Origin: Carcharhinus amblyrhynchos
Lineage: Eukaryota
Assembly: GCA_965287045.1 (NCBI GenBank)
Contig: OZ336878.1
Span: forward strand, 26,350,001 to 26,414,000
Reading direction: 5' to 3'
Length of the DNA stretch: 64,000 nt
Part shown: positions 1 to 12,185 of the stretch, piece by piece
Layout: every line of letters starts with the position of its first letter
Position numbering within the stretch: position 1 is the first letter of the stretch
Program-made: the position numbers and the translations under genes
Notes under the pieces: model-generated
Told to the model about the DNA's origin: nothing
The model's input: only the letters and a program-made list of their open reading frames with translations
Database searches by the model: none

Positions 1-3000
1 ATTCTTCTAGATAAACAATGACACTAATATATATATGCATTGACCTATATTTAAGGCAGGAATAGCAGATACTCAGTTTAATTAAAAACATTCAATATGA
101 CTTTATAACAGGCACTTTGCATCTGTTATATCATGTTCAGAAATTGGCTGTGAGAATAAATCTGTACTGTTACTCAGGAAAGTATTTAAAGCTGTAAGGT
201 GAAATTACACATAGATAAAACATATCCCCCACCCGGCCCCCTCCCCAGCACTTCTCACTAAAATGAAACGGAAAATATAAAATTAAGGTTGTAAAGTATC
301 AACTATTATGCCAGATGCATTCAAGATTAATCTCTCCTCCCCATATCGGCAATACGGCTATTGAAATGGATATTTTTAAAATTAAATATCCAACAGGCAA
401 TTTTGCATAACTTAAAACCACAGGTTTAAATAATCTGTTTTGTCTATCTGCATCTGCATCTCCGTCCCAGCTCCTATTTGAATGTGTGTTCACGAAGCGT
501 TATCCCAATTAGACGCTGGGAGTTGTTAATGATAACCTGAAAAAATAGCGAACACACAATAGAAAGAATACTGCTATGATTGATTCCACTGGCGTTGAAG
601 GCGGTATGCACCGCGTTTGTGGCTGCCAGCGGAATATTATTGATTAAACACATCTATTTATATTTTCGTGCCAACGTTCTTGTAAGCATAGAAAATTGCC
701 CGATTTTACATCGTCCGTGTTTTAATAATTGATTCTCATCTGTTTTGCTGTCCTATTTGACTAAGTGCTGATCCCAAACGAAAGAAAAATTGTGCGATTG
801 GGTTGGGGGGGTGGGGGGAGAGGGGACGGCGTGGAAGTTCTTCGCCACTTGATGAAGTCACTAGTTAGCATCAAACAAGTGCATGAAATATTTAGCACAA
901 TGTTGAAATTCGAAGGAGGTGAAAGGGTTTGATAATAATATCGGGGCCGGCTGGACCTGAGCAGGGGCTGGGTGAATGAATGTGCTGCAGGGAGACAGGA
1001 TTTAGAGAGGCAGAGCCTGGAGGCACCTGCCCACCTTCTGATGCGATTTCCCCTCCTAATACTCAGCCGTCTACGAGGTTCAAGAGAGCCTCCTGTCACA
1101 AATGATACTAATGTTGTAATGATACTGAGGTCTTATTCTGCCTTGATGGTCATACATTAAGGGGCTGAAATTGCAACAAATGCCATTGCCTTTTGATCGA
1201 TACCTTATCACGCCTCCTGACATGCAGCTATTGATGGGCCAGGGGCATTATTCATTTTTTTTCTCTCTTTTCACGGAGCTATTTGACTTGACTTGGGGGC
1301 TAGATTATTGACACGTACATGTGCATTTGGTGCTCCTTAGTGACACTGGAGCTAGTAAAAAAGACCTCCGGGAGGCCGCCCTGACAAAAAGGGAAAGTGA
1401 TGTATGGTCACTGGTGACCGTTGGTTGCAATGGCCGGAGAAAGAACACGGCCTCAGCAATCTGCAGGCTGCGCGGGCAGATTACTTGTGGAAAATAAGTG
1501 CTGGAAGGCACTTGTTATCAACTGCGAATGAAATGTCCCTGTCCCCAGCCACCAGATTTAAGGGACTCTGGTTAGAAGAGTTTCACCCTGGTGGCTCGTT
1601 TGGGTCTGAGCCGAAACAGAAGGCAGTAATCCATGACATATCAATTCTTTGGCTTCAGTCGAGAACTGAGTTGGGTTGTCAAACAGCAGAATGATTTTTT
1701 TCCCAGTGCTTTCCAAGTGTAAAAGTTCTAATGTAGCATTTATATAAAACCGAGTAGCAAATAGGAACAGATTTTTAAATAGCCAATAAAAATGCAACCT
1801 ACCTCTATTATTGTGTTCTGCAACTTGGCAATAAATCACAAGCGCAAACCATTCTATGTGGCAACGCTAGCACAATTCAAGCATTCAGGGAATCGCTAAC
1901 AGCATAATTATTATTGTATATATGTTTTTCAGACAGAATCTGCTCGTCAGGTTATGAGGTTCTGTTCTTTCAGCACCAATGATACCTCTCACAGGCCTTT
2001 AATGTACGAATAGACCAAATATATAAGGAGGCGCGGTGATAATAAACTGCGGGTATTGGAGGCCGCCTTAAGTAACAGCTCGCCTTTTATAGGTGTAATT
2101 TAAAGGAACTTTTTTACTTTTGGAAGTGGTAATGATGGAATGTATCCGCCAATAAAATCTGAAAGGTGTATTTGCCCTATAGAGGAATCACACAGCTTCT
2201 ATACCATTTCTAGAACTGTAGAATCTCGCATCCCAGCCTGATAATAAAACCGTCCTTCTCTCCGGATCTGATTCATTCCTTTCACCTTTTCCGTCCTCAA
2301 GTTAAATGCGAGGGCTTTATTTCTGCTTTCTTTAAGTTCCAAAGTCTCCCTTGCGCTTTCCAAATTCCACAATCACCTAACATTACCGAGTTTACGTGCT
2401 TGAGTCTATCTGTAACCACCAATGGGCGATCGAATTCGGCACATGGTAGGAAAGTTGTTTGGTTTACTGGGCTGGAAGGCTTGTTATTTGGTATTTCCTA
2501 GTAGGAATAAGTCGAACGAGCACAATTTTCCACAGTGTCACACTAATCGTCCTAATAGACAGTCTGACACGATAAATGGCGCGAAAGAATGGGCCGGGGT
2601 TTGGAAATGTCATACGCGTGCTGTACAAGGTGCTGTTACGCACCTTTCAGCTCACTAACGCCGTGGGCAGTGATCAAGGTGGCGATTGCTCACCAACTCT
2701 TTCTTACACAATGAGTTACACTTGTTTTGAGGAATCTTAAATCCGAAGACGCAATAAAATATAATTTTCAAATTAGGATTTAAAAACACTTAACTACCGG
2801 TAACACCATAAAAATGAACATTCATTCAAATGAATGTATCACTTAAGGTGCCAATTAACATTGACCAGAGGATACTGGTGGTCTGGCCATGAATTTCAAA
2901 CACTAATTCAATTGAGTGTTCCATTGGTACATGATTTGATTACAGTCTTACATCTATTGGAAAACTTTGTAATTCTTAACGTGATAATATTTAAAATGTT

Positions 3001-4237
3001 CCACTGTTGCCCCCGCCCCTACCCCCCCCCCCCCCCCCCCCCGCGCTTCTATGCCCTGGCAGCAGTGGACTATCTGTGCAGAACTTTGTCCAGATATGCA
3101 TCCTTCCTTGTGAGGTTGGACAGTGAGTGTTAGCGGCCCGCAGGACACTTCAGTACTGCGCTGGCAACCCGTATGGGAATTTTACTGTAGAGCCCTCAAC
3201 TCCATCTGGCATTCACATTTTGTTCCTAGTTTTGTGCTTTGTGGGAAACGATTAGCATTATGTATCCCTGGCATCAAGAGTCAACTGTGTAGTGAGAAGC
3301 TGGGGTCAGCTGTACGGTAACAGATTTCTTTCCGGGGGGGGCGGGGGGGGGGGGGGATGGTACCAGTGGTGAAGTAGTTGTGTGCTTAATGGCAAACTTT
3401 GTTAAAAAAAAAATCTGCACCAGTTTTTAAGTTTCCAGATTTGCTTAAATCAAGTTCAAGTTCACAGGAGGCTCTGGGGGGATTTGAATTCAGGTCCTCT
3501 GGATCATTAGCTGATCTCTGAATTACTCTAGCCCAATGGCATTTTCACCACGTCATTATAGCAGATTCAATGTATCTATCACACCTTCCATCTATATCAC
3601 ACGCAGGGAGCAAAAAAAAAGTTGGGAGTTAATTGGGTCAGAGTGAGTTAAAGTCAAATTGCAGAGCGATTCAATGATTTTCCACTATTTCGGCTATTGG
3701 GAATCTGAGTGTCAGTGTGGGGTGGGGACGGCGGGGTGCGGGGTGGGGTATAGGATTGAGCGGAAACTTCCGGATGAAGTTCTACACCGCTCTGAAAGGA
3801 GGAATAAGATCCAATTTCTTCATTTATTTCACAACGTCTTTAGTGTATTTAATCTTTCTCTCTCTCCATTGCTGTGGAAAATCCAGAAACCAGCTAATTA
3901 CAATAAGAATCCGACCTTGACAACTGAAGATCTGAAATGCAGGCGCTTGGACTAAAGTTATACTTATACAGTGGCCTGTGCTTGTCTGTAACGACCACCG
4001 TCTTTCCCCCGTACTGGTCATCAAGAGGCTTTGTACACATGCGCAGAGCTCTGTCGCCGATAGTGTTTTATTTCAACTTTGGGAGAGTGTTGACAGAAGT
4101 ACCCGTTTCCTGTAATATTAAGGATTCGATAGCAGAAGGGATAATGTGGCGAGGGGATTAAAAATATTTCGCGCAGAACTAGAGTCACACTCTAGTTACC
4201 TTGTGTGAAAACCAAGCAGATTTTTGTTAACCAAAGG

Positions 4238-4370
4238 GGTTCTGAAGAAGGGTCATCCAGACTCGAAACATTGACTCTAATCTCCCTCCACAGATGCTGT
4301 CAGATCTGCTGAGATTTTCCAGCATTTTCTGTTTTTGTTTCAGATTCCAGCATCTGCAGCATTTTGATTT
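4238..4370 (+). repeat. Arm of a palindromic Penelope-associated repeat with a hammerhead-like motif
   Basis: CTGAAGA..GAAAC, then cagatgctgtcagatctgctgag..ccagcattttctg. Related copies at 9065-9405, 13915-14110, 28190-28285 and 30050-30107. Confidence 0.75.
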
Positions 4371-4584
4371 TATATTATGCGGCAAAGTCGGGTATATGGA
4401 CAGATTGGTCTTTTTTCTTTCCTGAGATGCGGACATTGCTGCATCAACACTTGTATTTATTGCCTATCCCTTGAACTGAACTGAGTGGGTTGCTGGACCA
4501 TTTCAGACCGCAGTTTTGGTGGGTTTGGAGTCATACATCGAGATTCAGATAAGCCATTCAAGGACTTCCTGCAGCCCGGATATA

Positions 4585-4712
4585 CTGGTGGGATTCTCCA
4601 GCCGCGCTCCCCTGAAAACCGGAGATGTCCACCTGACTTCAATGGACCTTTACATAGTCCGTCCCCGCGCCCGATAGAATTACAATAGGGGTGGGATAGG
4701 AGAATTCCAGCC
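4585..4712. mobile_element. MITE-like element
   Basis: Imperfect terminal inverted repeats ggtgggattctcc / ggagaattccagcc. Related termini at 55256-55384, ~47120 and ~47911. Confidence 0.55.
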
Positions 4713-5002
4713 ACTGTCTTCCACGTTCTTACATCGAGAAAAAGATACAAAAGTCTGAGATCACCGGTTAACTGATTCAAGAACAGTTTCTTCCCTGCTG
4801 CCATCAGACCTTTGAGCGGACCTACCTTATATTAAGTTGGTCTTTCTCGACAACCTAATTATGACTGTAAAACTACAATCTGTACCCTCTCACTTCCTTC
4901 TCTATGAACAGTATGCTCTGTCTGTGTAGCGCGCAAGAAACAATACTTTTCATTGTATACCAGTACATGTGACAATAATAAATCAAATCAAATCAAATCA
5001 AA
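4713..5002 (+). mobile_element. Rex1/Babar-type LINE 3' end
   Basis: KRYKSLRS..FKNSFFPAAIR, UTR and (AAATC)n tail. Confidence 0.8.
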
Positions 5003-5509
5003 GATAAGGACAGCAGATTTCCTGCCATAAAGGACATTAGAGAACAAGATGACCAATTAATGATTGCTGCCATGGTCACCATTACTGAGAGTAGCTTTAT
5101 ATTCTAGATAAATCCCACCAGCTGCCAGATTGAACTTGCAGTCCTAAGACATTAACCTAGGCTTCTGCATTACTAGTTCAGTGACATTGCCACCATGTCA
5201 CTGTTTCCCTGAGTTTGCAATGGTAATGGTGCTGAAATTGTTCAGGTTTGCCATCATTATGCTAATAAAACTGACAACAGATTTAAGAGTCCACACTTGC
5301 CTAGAATAAGGTGAAAATTAGAAGTTCTTGCCAGTGATCTATGCCTCTTAAGGATGGGCTTTGATGTCCCCCAGACTTCAACCATCTTAGAACTGACCTA
5401 AACTTCCACTGTTACATTATTAGACATGCTGCAATGACCCTGGAAAATTACACCTTGTTGAATGGGATTTAGCTGGGCTTTTAATAGAATGATAACATGA
5501 TATTCTGAT

Positions 5510-6160
5510 AAATGAATTTTAGTGTCAGTGTGATGCTAGCTGTATAGGTCTTCTGCCCCAAAGACTCACAGACTGTGCCAAACAGCATGTCCTAACCGTT
5601 GTTTGTACCAGACCATGCCTGACCAGCCCATGCATGTAAAAGTCAATAAATGTCCAACATGAGGTGTGATTCAGCAATTGGAAAGCATTTGCTAAATAAT
5701 CCTCAGTGCACTAAGAATTACACTGACAACCAATTTAAGATTTACAGTTGGACTCATAGTGTGGTGCATTTGCATGTACTGGAAGCTATATACACAGGGG
5801 CCAGTTCTTTGCCGACAGAATGTTTACACATATTGTGACTGTTTCAGTGAAATAAAACAGCCATTTGCTGAATCCTTCCTCAGGGCAATACTTTGACCAA
5901 TCAGAATCAAACTGCCTGGTTTAAATTTCAAACAATGCTTGGCAGTTAACTGTTAGCCACCTGGTGCATTTGCCATGACAATGCCTCTAGCAATCAATCT
6001 ACTTGACAATCATTTAAAACTTTCTTCTCATACAGTGTAAATTGTTGTTTTCCCCTTTATATCGATATTCTTGTGTAGTGTCCTAATGACTGCAAGATGT
6101 TCAAGGGATAGGCAACAAATGCAAGATGAAAATCTTTGATGTGTCTCTTTTTTAATAAAT
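5510..6160 (+). mobile_element. Second Penelope-like family fragment (GIY-YIG C-terminus + 3' end)
   Basis: Decayed EF*CQCDASCIG motif and DSAIGKHLLNNPQC..FKI..HLHVLEAIY; ends in a degenerate hammerhead-like motif. Confidence 0.75.
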
Positions 6161-6569
6161 ACTAAACATCATAAATGCTATCAAACACCCTCATGGGCCC
6201 TGAAAAACCAATTCTATACATTTGGAACGTCAAATTTCTCCATTATGATAAAAATAATTTCCAAAGGTTATTTATCTCTATATTGGTTTCCATTTTAATT
6301 TAATCACAATTTATTTTACTACCCCACTTTTTAAATTAAAAGTGAAGTGATTAGGTGTTTTTAAGTTGTTGGTTTGCTATAAAAATACTTCAATTGATTG
6401 GCTGCTTACCTGGCTTGTTCACTGCCTGGAGTGATTCAGTGCCAGTTTCAAACTGCCATCATGGAAAGGGAGTGTGTGCCTCAAGAATTGAAAGGTCTTT
6501 GTTTGAGGTAATTGGCAAACAGTGTTGCTTTTCCACTGATTGCAAAGTTTGGGCTGTGGCTTTACTATA

Positions 6570-7640
6570 AATTCTTAAAGGGTTTGGTAGAGTAGATGCT
6601 GAGAAAATCTTTTCCTTAACTCGAGAATCTAGAACACTGAGCCATGTCTCAGAACTAACTTTTAGAATTGAGATGAAGAAACATGGGTTGTTCAGAGAGT
6701 CCTGGATGTCTTGTACATAAATCACTAAAAGTTAACAGTCAGGTACAGCAAACAATTAGAAAAGTAATCAGCATATTAGTTTTTATTACAAAGTGATTGG
6801 TGTGATAGAGTAATCAGTGCTATTACAATTGGATGGTGCTTTGGTGAGACCATACCTGGAATACTTGTGTATAGTTTTGATCTGCTTAGCAAAATGAAGG
6901 ATATACATGCCTCAGCAGGAGCACAATGAAGGTTCACTCGACTGATTATTGGGAGGATCTGATTGTCCAATGAAAAGTGATTACAATAGACCAGGGATAT
7001 AAACTATCAAGTTTAGAAGAATGACAGGGGATCTCACTGAAATATATAACATTTTTGATAACATAAGTGTTGATGTTTCCCAAGCTGGAGAATCTTGAAC
7101 TAGGATTACAGTCTCAGAATAATGAGTCTGAAGGAGAATATGTTCACTCAAAGTGCTGTGAGTGTTTGAAACTTTTGCCCCAAAGGGCTGTGGATGTCCA
7201 ATCATCCAGTACAGGCAACTCAGAGATGGACTTTGGATACTACGGGAATCAAAGCATATGGAGTCTTATTAACTTCCATACACCTAAAAATCTATCGATC
7301 CTTCTCATGAAATACTCAATGACTGATCATCCACAGCACTTTGGAATAGAGAATTCCAAAGTTTCACAACCCTTTATGTGAAGAAATGTCTCCTCACCTA
7401 AATCCTATAAGGTTGACCCTTAATTCGGAGACTTTGGTTCTATGTTCCAGGTTCTGTAGCCAACAAAACATTTTCTCTGCATCTACTGTCAAACCCGTTA
7501 AGAATTCATTGTGACTGATCTGTGTCCTAAATGGAGATCGTGCAGGAAGGTGGAGTTGAGGTAAAATATCAGTCATGAAGTTATTGAAATGCAAAGAAGT
7601 ATCAAAGATACAGATGGCCTATTCCTGTCCTGTTTCTTAT
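6570..7640. mobile_element. Cluster of decayed CR1 fragments in both orientations
   Basis: CR1 RT-end nucleotide motifs (gtgagaccatacctggaatac, tttagaagaatgacaggggatctcactgaaatata) and an inverted piece ~7260-7510. Confidence 0.75.
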
Positions 7641-8214
7641 GTTTTTTTCAAATCTGGTTTAAATACTTGAAATTGGAAATCCCAGATAAGAAGATCCCTG
7701 CACCAAACTGCAATGCTAATTGAAGTGCAAAATTATATCTATTTGAAATTTTAAACAAGGGCCTTTGGGAGACAATAAGTTAAAACAGTTACTTGATGAC
7801 TTTGCAATATGTGTTTCAATACGTTCCCAAAACAGGTTTAACATTTTTGATAAATTTTAACCTATTCTGCATTAAGGTCGGAAGAGTCCATCGGCAGTAG
7901 CCTCTTTGAACCAGAAACATGTCTCCCATGACTGTCCAGAGCTCAAGCCTGCCCTTTGCAAATGTTCTATAAATAAGGATGACCAAGTTAAAAGGTAGTT
8001 CGGAATCAGAGGACTTGCTTGGCTCAAACCGTCGCGTTATATCATTTAGTATGCCAGGGTTTAATTTTTATGGGAAAGCGTATCTGGCTCATCAGCTGGT
8101 GCATCAACCTCTAAAGTTTGGGTGTGTTCCGTTCATTTTATGCTGTGTTTCTTTCAATATAGTTCAATGTGTCTCCGGCCCAATACTCCCAGGTTAATTT
8201 TCTTTTAATTAATT

Positions 8215-8430
8215 ATTGGCATAAATGTATAGAGATTTCTATAGGTATGCATTGGCGTGCATGTATAGAGATTTCTGTCGGCATGTATTGGCGTATATGT
8301 ATGGAGGTTTTCATAGGCATGTATTGACATATATGTATAGAAATTTCTATAGGCATGCACTGGCATATATGTATAGAGATTTCTATAGGCATGCATCGGC
8401 ATATACATGGACATTTCCATAGGCGTGTAT
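8215..8430 (+). repeat. 36-bp minisatellite, 6 units
   Basis: Unit ATTGGCATATATGTATAGAGATTTCTATAGGCATGC starting at 8215, 8251, 8287, 8323, 8359 and 8395. Confidence 0.95.
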
Positions 8431-9190
8431 CTTAATTAAAAGTTTCATTAAAAGTTAAAATTAATTCCCGTGGCATGCAATTCCGAGTGTCAGTTAACAT
8501 GATGGTTTGATTTAATGTAGCACCGATGTTATCCAGGGTCACTTTCAGAAGGCCAAGTAGTTCATGTTTGGGGCGGGAGACATGGACTTCTGATGTAAGG
8601 CACTAAAAGTGTTGTTTATTTGTCGAAGTCCACTGGGAGTTAACATTCCCAGGTGCACTAAATACGACACCTGCTGGATTGGTCTTTGTTCAAGAACACC
8701 GCACGGAATAGCGTTTCTGTTGAGACTGCGGAAAATAATTGTTGATTTTAGACTGGTTGAAGGACGAGATAATTTGTTGGTCTATCTTTTTTATATATCA
8801 GGCACAATTTTTCAAGACCTTTTATCATTTGAAGACCGCAGCAGCACCTTGAAGATAAAATATCCGCCCCTGAATGTTGGACGCTGTTAACAGTTGCCTT
8901 CTGCAACGTTTCACGTTGAGTAATGACACTTGAAAAACTAATTTTCTGCTATTAAAATTTGACCAACTTGCCAGAAAGAACTGTTTAACAGGCATTTCTT
9001 CCCCTGAAGCGAAGCCCAATTTTTTTAATCGTTATTTAGGCCTTAAACATATTATGGAACTGACAATGCTGGATAAACTCAACAGATCTGGCAGCATCTG
9101 TTGAGAGAGAAATAAAGTTAACGTTTCAATTTCGCATGATTCTTCAGAACTCCGAAAGAGAAGTACTATAAATAGTTAGATCGGGACGAG

Positions 9191-9327
9191 GAATCTCCAT
9201 ACATGCATGCCAATACGTACCTATGGAAATCTCCTTACATATATGCCAGTCCATCCCTATAGAAATCTCTGTACATATATGCCAATACAGACTATAGAAA
9301 TCTCTCTCTACGTATATGTGCCAGTGC
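9191..9327 (-). repeat. Inverted array of the same 36-bp minisatellite, ~4 units
   Basis: ctatagaaatctctgtacatatatgccaat is the reverse complement of the unit, with one mismatch. Confidence 0.9.
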
Positions 9328-10139
9328 AATTGGCTCTATTCTCTCTCTACAGGTGCTGTCATCCCTGCTGATATTTTCCAGCATTTTCTGATTTTGTTTC
9401 ATATTCATAGAAAGTATGTGTATGAATAATTAGGCATCGAAAAAGCATGTAAGGTTTTATCATTTTGACTTTACAATTCTGCCCATATTTTGTTCCAACT
9501 TTATTTCCCAGGTTCACTCTTGCTCCCCTTCCCCCCAGTAGAATTATTACTTTTTTACTTGAGTTTGAGTTGCTCCGGGTAAGTTTGTTATTGCTTCGGA
9601 AGTTCACATCGGCTTGCAGCAGTTTGAGTATATCTGCTTCTTCTAATCGTCCCTGCCCAATTTATATAGTTTCGATTACCGTCTTCCGAGTATGAGGTGC
9701 AAGTGTTAGACGATTCTGTCAATACATCTTACTTTGTGAATATGGTTATTCTAAAATAAGTCAGAAAAGGGGCCCTCAGCAGTAATGCCTACTCGTCTAA
9801 CATGTATATGCATATCTAAACATTTTTAGGAGAATTTCATTATTCGAATGCCTATCTGTGTCTATATATCTCTATCACCTATGTTATGTGTGCACAAATA
9901 AATGTTTGTACATAAAGAACATATATAAGTGTGCAATGCATTTGGTAGAATGACTAGAACTTATGTCCGTTGCGTCTTCCGATGTCAGCAACATTCAAGC
10001 TACAGAATCATGAATGTGATTATGAAATCACGCGATTGGTGAACAGTGTTCTCGCTTATGAACCGAAGAAGCCGCAAATGATTGGTGGGAGAAAGGTCTA
10101 ATGCCACCACCGCCCAATGAAAAACTTGCCCTCCTCACT

Positions 10140-11635
10140 CTAGAATTATAGAAACTTACGATACAGAAGGAGGTCATTTGGCCAATTGTTCCTGTGCAAA
10201 CTCTTCGAAAGAGCTGACCAATGTATTTCCAAATCCCATCTATTTCTCATAATTTTGCAAATTGGTCCTTTTCAGATATTTGTCTAATTATGTTTGAAAC
10301 TTCCTGTGGACGCTGATCTAGGGAATTTTCACAGTAGCTTCATTGCAGTGTTAATGTAAGCCTACTTGTGACTAATAAATAAACTTTATCCCACTGCCTT
10401 TCAATTAGTGATTTCCAGACCTTAACAGCACTGTAAACAAAAACAAATCCTGTCATTTCCCCTCTAGTTGTTTTGTCAATTATTTTATATCCATGACCTC
10501 TGACCATCGACTCACAGTCCAAAGCAAACAATTTCTCTCCACTGGCTATATCATAATTTTGGATACCTCTATTATGTCTCTCCTTAGCCTTTTCTTTCCT
10601 AAAGAGAAGAATTTTAGTTTCTCCTCTCCACATTGCTGAAGAATCAGATCCCAGGCATCATAGCAGTAAATCTCTGCCCTTCCCACGCCAAGGTACTGGC
10701 AATTCCGGAATCATCTCAAACTGTCCAAGGTACAACCAGTTCAGGCCCGAATGGTGATTTGTTTAGGTTTAGCATGTCTTCTTTTTGTATCCAATGACCT
10801 TAACAATGCAAATATCTTATAACTTTCTTAATGACTTTAACAACTTGGCCAGCCACCTTCAAAGATTTATCAATACACATCCCAGGCCTCTTTGTTCTTG
10901 CATCCCTCTCAAAATAGTACAATTTAGATTACACTGCCTCTCTCTGTTGCTCCTTCCAAAGTGCATTACTTCACACTTAAACACCTTAAACTGTATCTGC
11001 CGTGCACCGGCTTATTCTACTAATTTACCTATGTGTCATGAAATGAGCTACTATCCAGTTCACACCTTACCACTTTGTCAAGTTTTGTATCTTCCCTAAA
11101 TTACAAAAGTACACTCCCTACATCCAAGTCCAGGTTATTTATTTATAACAGGAATATGGGTGGTCTTCATACCAACTCCTTGGGTATCCCATTACTTACC
11201 TCATTCCGGTCAGGAAACACACTTGTTCCCCCTTACTCTCTGCTTCCAATCCCTCAACCAATTAAATACCCCATTACTTTATTTTTATTCATGGAAAGTG
11301 GGTGGCACTGGCAAGGGTAATATTGATTGGCCATCTTTAACCACCCTCGTGAAGTTGTCACAGTCCCTTCAATACCACATGCTTGCACTTTCCAAAAAGT
11401 CTGTTATGTGGTACTTTATTAAATGTCTTTTAGAAGTCCATATATATATGTGATGTCTACTCTGCGACCTCCGTCAAACCTTTCGGATACTTCATTAAAT
11501 AAGTCAATTCAATGAGACAGACGTAATTTGTCTTTAATGCCTTTGCTGACTGCCCTCATTAGCCCATGATTTTTCAAATGATAATTATGTTTTTCTCTTG
11601 ACAATGATCTGTAGTACTTTGCCACCACTGACATT
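10140..11635 (-). mobile_element. Older decayed CR1 fragment with nested short insertions
   Basis: GEKLF..VRGHGYKII and decayed RT segments; short SINE-tail insertions near 10318-10387 and 11280-11345. Confidence 0.75.
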
Positions 11636-12185
11636 AGAACCATAGAGCCATAGAAAATTACAGCTCAGAAACAGGCCTTTTGGCCCTTCTTGTCTGTGCT
11701 GAACCATTTTTTCCCTAGTCCCACTGACCTGCACTTGGACCATATCCCTCCACACTCCTCTCATCCATGAACCCGTCCAAGTTTTTCTTAAATGTTAAAA
11801 GTGACCCCACATTTACCGCTTTATCCGGCAGCTCATTCCACACTCCCACCACTCTCTGCGTGAAGAATTCCACCCCCCCCCCCAATATTCCCTTTAAACT
11901 TGTCTCCTTTCACTCTTAACCCATGCCCTCTGTTTTTTTTCTCCTCTAGCCTCAGTGTAAAAAGCCTGCTTGCATTCACTCCATCTATATCCATCAAAAT
12001 CTTACACACCTCTATCAAATCTTCCCTCATTCTTCTTCGCTTCAGGGAATAAAGTCCTAACCTATTCAATTTCTCTCTAACGCAGCTTCTCAAGTCCCGG
12101 CAACATCCTTGTGAACTTTCTCTGCATTCTTTCAACCCTATTTACATCCTTCCTGTAACTAGGTGACCAAGACTGTACACAATAA
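11636..12185 (-). mobile_element. CR1 LINE 3' fragment
   Basis: LNRLGLYSLKRRRMREDLIEVCKI..RGHGLRVKG plus CR1-type tail. Confidence 0.92.

Larger units (their letters stand above)
4440..5210 (-). mobile_element. SINE-B copy interrupted by a MITE-like element and a Rex1 tail
   Basis: Reverse tail at 4440-4560 and reverse body/head at 5003-5210. Confidence 0.7.

Noticed and set aside
3011-3357. Poly-C and poly-G runs giving poly-Pro/Gly ORFs and apparent inverted pairing
   Set aside because: Homopolymers recur in the window (also 18780, 26295) and carry no coding signal.
8205-8430. Repetitive ORFs and a CRISPR-like look
   Set aside because: Head-to-tail 36-bp minisatellite with no unique spacers and no cas genes; the ORFs follow from a unit length divisible by 3.
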